A stretch of 64,000 bases of DNA, from assembly GCF_000150275.1 (NCBI RefSeq), contig NW_002060943.1, forward strand, positions 11,160,878 to 11,224,877, given 5' to 3'. The notes under the pieces are model-generated. The model saw only the letters and a program-made list of their open reading frames with translations. It searched no databases and had not been told where the DNA came from. A program made the position numbers and the translations under genes. The DNA comes from Trichoplax adhaerens (taxonomy: Eukaryota > Animalia > Placozoa). Positions 41,131 through 53,200 of this stretch are shown here, piece after piece (within the stretch, counting starts at the first letter, position 1; the number at the start of each line of letters is the position of its first letter).

Positions 41131-44100
41131 TTAACTATTTCGTATATTCTTACTACCATTATTTCTTTGAAACGGATATAACTGCTGACGTTTGAGGACT
41201 TCCAATGCAGAAGCCACATTACCTACCAATTATAAATTCACGAATAGTCAAACGTTAGGGTAATTTCCTTACGAGAGTAAAGTAATTCAATGTATTTACC
41301 ATTTGCAAGCTCAATATAGATCGAAATCAGAACAGCTCCAGGTATGTGCTCTTTTTCTAGCCGAAGTACTGATGCCTTAGAAGGCATCACGATCAATGCA
41401 ATGATTCAATTAGAAACTATTTTGCAGAATGTTATTTCAAAGATCCAAAAGTACCTGTTCTATACACTTCCGGGCTTTCTCTGGCTTTCTCTGCAAGCAA
41501 TATGCACTGGCTAAATTGACAAACATTAATGCACGAGCAGATTCTATTGTTCTAGGAAATTTGTGTCGTGTTGCTGCTAAGAAAAGGCAATAAATTATTA
41601 CCAAGTAATCAACATTAACATAGCAATAGTATAAAGTTGACGATGATACCTGAGCTAATGTTATCGGCTTCAGTCTTATTTTCTATAGAATATCCAAAAT
41701 AGTCATTCATTCATTATTGATATTATGCCAGAACACCGTGTAGAGTTTACTCTGCGAAATGTATACAGAAATGGGCTATTTAGCTATTGAAATAATTTAC
41801 AATACCTGACGTTGTTTCGGGTTGTGTTGAAAATGAACAAGAGATATCAGTAATTGTTTCCGGCGATAAATGCTGTACTGCCTCATCAATTTTATTCAAA
41901 CGTATTAACGCTTCTGCTGCGTACATATGACCCAGATATCTAAGCAAAAGTAATAGAACGTTAGGCATTGCCGGTACAACCAATATAACGCCGAGTACAC
42001 TAAATACCTATATAATCCAGGTAGAGAAGGCAAGGCAAGTAACTCTTTACTACGTTCTAAAGCTAAGACAAGTTCTCCCAATTGCAACGAAACGAATGCA
42101 ATGGCAGCAAGAATTGCATACCTTTAAACATAAATATGTAACTCAGGTGTTGTGTAATAACGTACTTTGGATACTGTAGTAAGAAAATAAAATTATCCTT
42201 TCGTACCTTAGCGCAATGATGTCATGCGCATTCATTCCAGCAGCGGAAGGGGAAAAGTAAACTTTTGCCCTTCTGGTATTATAAATATAGTAAAACAGTA
42301 AATGTATTTGAGAACGTCTAGACATCTAACAGAACTTCATAAATATTGATCATAAGTAGCCGAATCGCATTAGATAGGCATCAGAGTTGGTGACACTTAC
42401 GACCGTGAATTGTCGTTCCTTTGTATCGCTTGATCATTATTATTATAATTTACACTTGATAACAAGAGCAACGCATTTTTTAAACATGGAAGAGCAAATT
42501 TCAATGACGGTTCAGGATTAGCAACAGAAATACCATGGGAAGGAGGCCTAAGAAATACATCTCGTATTATAATCTAATCTATAATAATTCCACAGTATGT
42601 AATACCCAAATTAAATATCATTTTACTATGTCAACCTACAAATATCTATACGAATAATCTGCAGTAGGTTTTAAGACTGTTTTTTGATGTTGGCCAACTC
42701 CTACAACAGTGCTGACTATATAACTCTTATTTTGAGCTTTGGCAGCAATTTCTTCTTCACCCTAATGAATGACAAGCGTTAGTATCAAAGTATACATGTT
42801 CAATAACAACGATCTCTAAATAGTTTTCTATCAAAAATTGAACAAAAGTAGTATTGTCGCTTACCATACGGTATGCGCTAATACAGCATTCAGCTATACG
42901 AAACCAATATTTTGGATCAGTGTTGAAGGCTTGCATACACTGGATTAAAGCTTCGAATCCCGGAAGAGGCCGATTAGAAAACAGTAATTCAATACCAATA
43001 TTATACAAAAGTTCATAGTGACGATTTAAAGCTTGGACCGCTGATAGACTATTAATGTTACCTATATAGAGAAACAATAGCAAAAAAGCTAAAATCAGCA
43101 AAATAAGTTTATTTTAGGATATGGGGTATGTAAACAGATATTTTAAATACTAACCACTATCATTGGGCTTTTGTATACATTCCTCATTGACATTCATTGC
43201 CTTCTTACAGTATAAAGCAGCCAAATTATGCTTCTTCATCTGATGATGAATGCATCCAAGGTTATTATAATACATCACTATTAATTCATTGCTGTCAAGA
43301 CGCGGTGAACTGTTCAATATTTTGATAGATTTTCGATAATTCTTTCGTAAATATTCAAAATTACTCTTCAGGAAATGGGCTGTTGGTGTCTAATTTAAAA
43401 AATTGGGTAAAGCGAACGCAAAAATAAAAAAGACGTTAGACGATTCGAGAAATGATCGCAATTGATATCACACTAATTTGTTAATTGAACTTACAACAGG
43501 AGTGGAGCTCATCAGAATTTTAATTTCTCTCTTACATAATTTAAGAGGTCCATTTAAAAGGTGTAATCGGGCCTTATACTATAGCATTAGATTTAAAAAT
43601 GCTCCAATATCAAAATCTCTGTAATCGCAGTACCAATTAGGTTAATATACTAACTACTATTATAACAAACCTGATTAAACTTCATTTGTAAGCTTTCTGA
43701 TTGTAAACCGTGCTTTGTTCCACCGCCCACTGTGAAAAAGGTCTGAAACGAAGCAAAAGAAAAATTTTCAACTTAGCTTACAGTATCCTAAACTCTTGCA
43801 TCATATCCATAACCATCATAATCGGTATAAAGTAAAGCTATTATTACTACAACCTCAGATTTTTCATGATGTTGATTTGTTGATCCTTTTTCGCTAGAGG
43901 TAATCATTTTTTCAATATATGCTAGTTTCTCACCGGCCATATTTGCCTGAAAGTCAATGAATACCTTTAAAATTTTTGTTAAAAATTTCAGAAAGAATCT
44001 TTCCTTAAATTTAATGTATGCTTAAGTTGATAAGGCGTTGATGTTTGCTCAGTTGCAGTGATAGTAGTTATAAATTATACTCGGATTTTTATTTCATAAA

Positions 44101-47100
44101 TAGGTTCATTTAGTTACAATACTGTCACGAAATACAACCTAAGGATATGTTATACTCGATTGCAGTAAAAAATAGCATATAGCGCATAAAATAATACTTT
44201 ATATCATACCTGCCGTGTTGCAAAACTTAAGTCTGCAGCAAGAAAACAAATCTTACAGGCTAGATTTTCGTCTAAAATTTTAAAAGTACATTTTACAGTA
44301 ACGATTAGTATATATATATATATATAAGAGTATATCTGCGTAATTCAAAATTACATGTATATTATTGATTGCTGTAAATAGTAACAGAAATAAATATCTA
44401 CTGGATGATAGTAGTAATATTGACAAGTATCATGTCTCAAGATAATTGGATCCTTTTATTCATTCATTTACCTAAGGGTTCAATAATTTTGAATAAACCT
44501 TCGATAATATCAGAAGCTTTTTCGTATTGTCTAAACTGTTGGATATTAAATATCAAATCATTTAGATTAACGTTAATACAAAAGCAGGTATGAAGAGTTG
44601 TTTTACGATAATAATAAAAAAAGCCTCACAAAATAGAGAATTAAAGCTTTATTGTAGTTTAAAGCAGCCTGATCAAATTCATCCACACTATCTTGATCTT
44701 CACCATTTTCACCTGAAAACTAAATAACGACAACAAATTACTCCTCAAAAAATGTTCTGGTCCAAGCTAATTATTTAACCGACTATTGTAAAGGTGTCGT
44801 TTTGCAGCGAAATATTATCTTACTTAATGTAAGAATTAAGGCTATTGACCTATTATTAACTGTCAAGTTTTACGTCTCTACCCAAGCTATAGTACAGTAT
44901 CAGATGCCTCGATGATACATTAAAGTTTTATTTTTACTAAAAATCAACGACAAAATCGAAGAGTAATAAGATGATTGATCATATAATCATTCTAGAACCA
45001 AAACTGTACTTCAGCTCACGCCGTCAGTACAATTTCATAATTACAATCAATCAACGACTAAAATTAATCTTATGTCATGAAGAAGTATATAATGCATGTA
45101 TTTTAACGGCAAATACTATTGGATACCGTTGCAGTACGACAGGAAAACAATCACTAGTTTTACTAATACGACAGTGGAGTACGATATCTTTACGATATCA
45201 TCATCAACACGTGCATCTTCAAACTTGTAATCTCTTAAATAACTAGTTTGCTAGATTTCCATGTAATCTTTGTACTTAAATATTGGATATCATAAGATTA
45301 CTGAAGTCATCGTCAATCGCATTAACATTTCTTTGCAGATACTAAACACCTAAAATATAGTATGATGACTACATAGTAGTGACTATAGCTATTAGTTGCT
45401 TTTAAGATTATATGCAATTATACATTGAAAATTGCAATAGGCGGCGGTTATACGTTAAGGTAGAGGAAGCATAGTGTTTTATAAAGTAGTCCATATAACC
45501 CTTAACAAAAAAGACCACATTTATTATTCTATTTTAACTGCTCACAAAAATGTTAATGCATAGTAAGTATACCACAGCACATAAGATATATCTTGCATCG
45601 ATCTAAGCATCTAAGTTTTGCATAAATACTGTCGCTATAGTAATAATTTGCAATTTATGTATCAATAGTACATGTTTATGGTAAATTGGCAATGCAAGAC
45701 TCGTACGTATGTTATATACTGTACACAGTAGAGTAGAGTAGTGTAGTATGGTATTAGCCTTTTATCTAGTCGTTGTACAATGCTTAAATTACGGCATAAA
45801 TTAGTATTGCACTACGAAAAAAAGCAGCGTTAAGCATATACGAGTAAATAGACTTGAAGGAAACGGCTACTCAGCAGTCTTGCAGATGGGTGTATCAGAT
45901 TAACCTTCTAAGCGATTTATGACCTGGTCATATTGTACAAGAGCCAATGTATGACTGAGTACAGTATAGTACAAGCGGATAGATTTTTAAAGTCCATATT
46001 GTGCGAGGACCCACAATCAACGGGTTATGTTGAAGCATGTTAAATCAAATATCGCTTTTAGATGACAATTTAATTACCATAAATGATACCTGAAAGCAGT
46101 GATCATGTAGACTATCTCGATGTACGCGTAATTACTACTGTTTTTGATCATACAAAGACGAATTAACTAACCCACGTGGGTAAAAACTCATAACGAGGCT
46201 ACATACAATAATAGTGCAATAATTAGTTTGTGAGCCCTATCAAGATTAGTTTATACTATTGACGATGGTATTTTATCACTGTACAAATGCGGTCGTTTAT
46301 CCTAAATCACTGAAGTATAATTATTCCAACAAGTAAAACACACATGACTATTTAACATAATTAGTATGTATATTCGTATAAGACAGTCAAGTAATAAGCA
46401 CACATGTCACGCCGAGTGTACGTCTAACTCCTGTTTGTATTTTTAAAAATTTAAGCCAAATACAGTATATAAACAATCAAAATTTTGAGTAGTATCACGT
46501 TTATTTCGATGTAGGTCATGTAAAGTGATACAACGGTTATCATGGCTGTTGTTATAAAAAAAAAGTACACGTACCAATTGGTAATAGTACCTAATCGTGC
46601 AATATTAATTGACAATTGAATAGTTTCAACTTTGCGATCATGGATCAATCTATCACTGACTGCATGGTATGGGTATATATATCTATTCTAGTTTGTTTGC
46701 CGGCACAGTACTGTACTGGCACAATAATTCCTTCATCTTACCTGAATTAAGACACTGTCGAAGACTTTTGTTAATTCATCCAATTTGGTACAGCTAGATT
46801 TATAGAATTGAGCGACTCCTAGATTGTGACAGACTTTGGGATCATTTTGACGAATTTCTAACAATTCATTGATTGTTCGTAAACATTCTTCATATTTACG
46901 AGAATGAAATTGTAAGAGCGCCTTTTGAGCTAATACTCTTTCATCGTCTATTCAATCATATAGAAAAGAATATGATAATTTAGTCGAGGAAATAGCCTCA
47001 ATTCAATTACCTTTTACAGTAGTCAAGTGTCTAAATTGAGTGAATAGAACTGATGTTAACATAGTATCCCCCCCAAAATACTGAAAGTCAATAGAAGCTA

Positions 47101-47732
47101 GCGGCGCAAAAATAATCAATCACCTAATTCCATTTTCATCGATACTCTATAATAGCTAGAATTGTAGCGATGATATTGTATAGAAATAGATACCTACTGC
47201 CTATTCTAGAGTTAAGAATATTGCATCAAGATGGACTTCTCGTATATATAGCGAGTAAGCGGTGACCTTATCTTCATTTAGCTATGATATAGGTCTGACT
47301 ACCATAGGTAATAAGCGTATCTTGCACGTTGTCTCTAGACTGTACTGTCTCTGTACAGTATCGCTTTGCTAATAGCCACTATCCAAAGACTAAAAAAGTA
47401 CGTCTATGTCGATGACATTGGTTTCTATGCTGATTTCGATACTCATGCAAACACAGTATAACAGACAAGTATTTCTATTTTAGGGTATTCATGTTATAAT
47501 GGCACTAGAGCTAAAAAAAATTCATAAGGAAACGTGAATAAGCTCTCGATTCGTCTAGCTAAGGTAAATACTATACACCGCATGACATTTCATTGACAAA
47601 ATACACAAGGAATTGACAGTGTTTTTTTTTTTAAAGTTAATCAAATTTACCCGAGGCGAGAATTCCATTGGAAGAACGATCATTTTTGCCTTCTTTATGG
47701 TCTTCGCTATTAGCTTTAATACTTTCACTCAT
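41131..47732 (-). CDS. CNOT10: CCR4-NOT transcription complex subunit 10 (TPR scaffold), multi-exon
   Basis: Exon 1 (47651-47732) starts MSESIKAN and exon 2 (46742-46947) reads ERVLAQKALLQF..KVCHNLGVAQFYKS. Later exons give ALNYNKALILYF/FRQYEKA..IIEPL, FLKSNFEYLRKNYRKSIKILN, YYNNLGCIHHQMKKHNLAALY, YELLYNIGIELLFSNRP..FRIAECCI, PSLKFALPCLKNALLLL, YLGHMYAAEALI, ARALMFVNLASAYCLQ and SIYIELANG/NVASALEVLKR. The TAA stop is at 41131-41133. Confidence 0.94.
45905..45923 (-). other. CNOT10: Predicted 19-nt CNOT10 microexon (VINRLE + G)
   Basis: The minus strand reads GACCAG|GTCATAAATCGCTTAGAAG|GTTAAT. This supplies the phase 0 to phase 1 change needed to join exon 46742-46947 to exon 44630-44712. Confidence 0.7.
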
Positions 47733-47918
47733 GCTCAAGTTAGTCAATATAGTTTACTCTTAATAAAAAAACGATTTTAATTCAATATTTTATGGTGGCT
47801 TGGATCACCACACAGCCAAGTTTTCGTTGTTACGTCGAATCGTAGAGGAAGACGAAGGCGTGCTATCGAACGCAAGCGCGTGTATCGTACACAGGCGTAT
47901 GAGGTGAAGGAACTTCAG

Positions 47919-48205
47919 GTACAGTACAGTACGTACTGGACGATGTTTCGAAAGCTTCTAGCTAGATGAAAACATTACAGTACTGTACAGTACAGTACAG
48001 TACAACTACGGTACAGTATTGTACAGTACTGTACAGTACTGTACTGTACACCAGCGTTTTCTCTCTTTTAGGTGTCCTCACTGTACCGTACCGTACTGTA
48101 CTGTACTGTACTGTACTGTACAGCAATCTACAGTACAGTACAGTACTATCTGTGACTTACTGTACTGTACTGTACAGTACAGTATGAGTAATATTGAGTA
48201 CTGTA
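47919..48205. repeat. Dense CAGTA/TACTG pentamer tract just upstream of CNOT10
   Basis: Near-pure (CAGTA)n and (TACTG)n runs alternate in orientation about 190-470 bp upstream of the CNOT10 ATG. Confidence 0.92.
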
Positions 48206-49413
48206 TGTCTGAGCGGGACTGGATCGGGATGGACCGGATCGGTATCATTGGTCTAGAACTGCAGTAGACCTCAATGCTCCAATGCCCATTGACAAAGGCT
48301 ACAAACACTCGAACAAGTTCAGTGCTGGTACAGTACTTGCATTTGAGTGTTACCAATAGTGCAATTACAGCTACGTTGGTCTTTGTCTCGTCAACTTGCA
48401 GTATTGCATTGGCGCCAATAACATGATGGCAATGATGTTGCAGTCTAAACAATAAGTTCTATACCAGGCACTACTGACAAGGAAGAGAGTACAGTACAGT
48501 AGTAAAAATAAGAGGCCGACTATTTTGCTGGTCATCTCAGCTAAACCGTATATCTGAAAGGATAAACTGGACCACTATCCATCATCTTCATCCTGTTTGC
48601 TGATTTTGTACAGTGCATGACTGTAGAATAACCAGAAAAGTGATAATCCCCTTATTATTTTGCACTGAATCTACTGTACGGTGTACGGCAGTACAGTATC
48701 ACTTCCACGATTGCTCTATCCTCGTCTTTATCATGGTACCGTGCTGATGTCTGTCCATCCACTAAACCTTCATAGTTCATACTGTAACACTGACGAACTC
48801 CTATGCGTATTTCATGATCGCATTTGAATAGCATTTTTATTTATTTTATTTTGCAGTTGATAATTATAGTAATTGATCACTTTAAACTAAATTAAAGTCT
48901 GTAGACATATTATTGATCGACATTTCTCTTTTAATCAGACCTTTAAAATTGGTCATTTTACTCTTTCCAGAACGGAGTCTACCAGTCAGCCTAGTTGTTG
49001 TGACGAGTGTTCAACTAGTCATTTTTGTCCGTTTTAGAAGGCAATCACAACATTTTTGACGTCATCAGCATTCCCTACTAAAAACAATCAAGTCGTTGAA
49101 TTTTTATATTTGTCAATGAGAATAGAGTACAGTACAGTCATAAGTTTAGGAACTCCAGGCTGATTTAAAAGATATCCAATGATTCAATTCGAATAAAATA
49201 ATGAGCATAATCCAATGAATATGCAAAGCTAGCATTGAGCTTGAAAGTTGCAATCGCAACCAGTATACACTGTACAGTACTCAGTGGTGTGCTGCTGGAC
49301 GTTGCTTGGTGACATGCGCAGTAGGAGAAATGAAATTTTGCAGTAAGATATTGTACTGTACCACTAGAAGGAGGAAAGTTTTCTTTTCATTGATCTTTCA
49401 TTCAAGCGATCCG

Positions 49414-49710
49414 TACAGTACAGTACGTGACTTGGTGGACGAATAGTATCCACTACAACCTACAGTATTGTCTAGTACTGTACGCTTCTACTTCCAACAA
49501 AAGGTAAGGTGAGCGGGCGAGCAGGCCAGGGCAACATTCAGACAGCAGGACAACAGTACAATCTCGTAGATACAGTACACATGCATGGACCAATGTCTCT
49601 ACTGTATCCTATACTGTCCTGTACTGTCCTGTACTGTATAAACGGTACAGTAAAGTACAGTACATCAGTACATACTGTACGCGCATAGAGCTTACGGAAG
49701 AGTTAGTACT
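49414..49710. repeat. CAGTA/TACTG-rich tract upstream of the basigin-like gene
   Basis: TACAGTACAGTAC, TACTGTCCTGTACTGTCCTGTACTG and similar words occur about 500-800 bp upstream of the ATG at 50201. Confidence 0.65.
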
Positions 49711-50200
49711 GTGCTTGCTTGCCTGATGTGACCTTGATAAACTAGCTTCAAGGTAACTTGGTGACTTGTGCACACCACTATGCATCACACGAGAGACCCC
49801 TCGAGGCTCTAATGCATCATACTACTATAACGGTGTAGTCTACGCCCAAGGTGGTGCTTTTAAAGCGTGACGACCGCCCTGAAGCATCGATAAAAGGGTG
49901 GAAAGTACCGTACGGACGACGTCCATCACCAGTCTATTTGTATTATCCGAGTGCAGTAGAGTACAGTATAATAAAGCGTTTAGCTATTTGGAAATTTCTT
50001 TTCCTATACGTCAACTCTCTGTACTGTATTATAACCCTTCATAACCTAGCAATCCTACCGCCATCAAGGAGGGAAAAAATCAAGATTGATATCCTCACCA
50101 ATGTTGAACACTTTCTATACTATCAGCAAATAACGTCCGAAGTCAATCTCACTTGCGTCACCTGTGTTTGCATATCCAAATCAAGATACGTTAGATAAAA

Positions 50201-53200
50201 ATGAATAACGGTATTTCGATCGTCTTTTACGTCTGTGCCTTATCGGCTTGGATGATGCTATCGCCGGCGTCAGGTCAGTTGAGAGTGAGATATCCACAAT
50301 TCATTTTTAATTTTTACTAGTGGACCAATTTGTGTTACCACTAGAATAGGATAATGGAAGTAATAGATGTTTTACCAAGCTTGATTTGAAAGTCAAATTG
50401 CACAAATAAAATTCCAATTTAGTACTACGGAAAAATGATGTTGCTGAGTATGCACTCAAACTGGCTGAACCAACGTCTTCTTTTCATTCTTTTGATATGC
50501 TATACTATCATCTGTATAAGAAGAAAGAGACACCACCTTTCATACAAAAGATGATACCATAGGGTAGTAGAGTAGAGAATCGTTTTTACTCCATGTGTAT
50601 TGGCCATATTAACCTGAATTGATGGAAGACGATCATTCAAGCAATGCAATCTACTTATTGTCGTCTATCAAGACAGTATGAATGCTATGAACGTCGACTA
50701 GCTTGTAAAATATCCCACTACTTTTTCCCATATAACCCACACGACGACAGAGTGTAGATTCCAATTAGTACATGGGACGATAAATCGCTATTTTAGTTAG
50801 CGTCATCGACAAGTATAATCGCACCGTTATTGTAATTGTCTAATTGAAACAAGTCGGTTATCATATTTCTATTTTTTCCCCTTATTATTGAGTACGCCAT
50901 AGCTCTTTGCTTGTTGCAACAAATACTCAATCTCATTACGCCTCTGAACTCCACCTCTGGAACAACTCTTACAGTTGCCGTATTAATATAGTATGATTAA
51001 AAAGAACCTGTCGGTACAGTTTGATAATTTTACTGTCATGTTGTAATAAAATTAAGGTAATAGAAATGGATATTAATAGCTAAAATGCATCATCGTGATT
51101 TAATGCCTAATTTGAAATTCTATTTTACCATACTACTCTATCTTATGAAGTATTGTAGCGTAATACATGCTAAATGCTATTCCATTGAAGTCCCTTTCAT
51201 CCAAAATACACAGATACTATTACTCACTTCATCTTAATGTCGATACTAGCATACGCAGTCCACTATGATATTTCGGATTACTTTGTTAGTGACGTTATTA
51301 ATCCTGTACATGAATCGTCATTAATGCTTACTGTATGGGTATACTGCAATCACCATCTTATTAAAAGGCCGTGGCCACCATTATTCCCGACCGTCTGATT
51401 CTATTATACCTTTACGTAGACGAACGTTACTCTATTATCATCATACTATCACGTATGAAATTCTACTTTAAATTGATATCGCATGAAAAGTCGAAATGGC
51501 CTCTACCATAAAATGATCTTTACATACGTCTGTGCATCAGATACAAATACTATTAGAATAATTATCGTCAAGCACTTTCCTAATTTTTTTTTCTTCTCTT
51601 TACTTTATCATTATTAATGTCTAACTACCATTAAACAGTAGCATATCCCTACTCTGGTCACCATCGAATAGAATAATACGAGTACACCAATATGCCTATA
51701 CTGTTAATAAATGCTCTAAAACAGACATCTTGTTCTCTCAATATACCCCATTGGAGTCCTATAGTATGACATAAACAAGAACAACATGGTGACACACAAA
51801 GGGAAATCAGTGAGCGGTACATTCCTATTATTAATTACATTATTACTATACCATTCATCCATGCTTAAATACGTCCTGGCGATTTTTTCCACGGCATAAA
51901 AACTACACCACCAGCAGATTACTACGTGAAAAGTCTTAGATACAAGTCAAAAAGTAAAAGTTGTTGTTATATTGCTTTTGTTATCCTGTCATCGCATGTC
52001 GTAGTATCTTGTAGTAGAGTTGCGTAATAAAGCGACGAGTACTTCACTTAATGGAAATGATGGATACTGCATACTCTACTGTTGTAAAGTGTATAAAATT
52101 TATGGTTAAAAACGATAGATAATAAAGTATCAAGCATGACGATCCCTACACGATAGATACTTCTTTCTCCCTCCCCAGTATAAACTATCTATCTATCAAC
52201 CGAATTACTAGAATAATAATGCCAATCGTCACACGAGTCAGTAAGTTTAGTTCATGATGCGAGCGAACAGACGACAGTAGATTAGAAGCAGGAACTTCTG
52301 AAACTACTCTTTCTTTTTAGGGTTTCAGTAGTTCCTGTCAGAAGTACCACAAATGTACAATTATACACATAACTAAAAATGAACTATCTAATGAGACGAA
52401 TATAAATATAATAGCTACCTAATTTAGTGGACTATGACAATGTCCAGAAGTCATTACTGATTCTTGTATTTTGATTGATTGTCTATTCCCGTTATGTAAA
52501 ATCGACGCAATAGAACACACTCATATCATTTCTCAATGATTTACTGGTTCACTTAGTCGATTTATTAATTATTACAATTATACTGTACTGGTAAGTGTAT
52601 ACCAATACTGGATGATTTACGGTTGGCTTACCCTGCAGCCTGGAGAAAAAATTTTTTTATTTCATGTGGAAAATGCACATAATACGAGCATACAGTATAA
52701 TATAAAAAGGATCAATGAATAGTAAATCTATTCAACTCTCCAGAGCTGTAAAATATTGGCTATGCCTAGACAACGACGATATTATACTGTGTACATTGAA
52801 TGCAATACAACAAAGGCTTTTTTAACGTAATAAATTTTTGTTCAAAAATTGGATCACGCTTCACAGTCAAATACATCAAAAAGAGAATATGCAGATTTGC
52901 TCCATAGCTATAAATAACTCAATAATTTACCAGTGATTATGAATGACTTGCTATTATTAAACATTCCTTCCCCATGTAGTTAACTAACGGCACTGAAATG
53001 AATAAGGAGAATAAATTTTCTCTTCTGTTATGTGTCCAATTGAACCAGTAGGAAGCTCTATAGCGCTGTAGTCAGTAAAAATATCCAATGCATGGCAGTA
53101 CAGTGCAATGCTTCTGCATGAATGACGTCTTTACCAAGTATGCAATAGCAACTGGAGAATAAATTACATATACGTATCGTCATTTATCACACCATGCATC

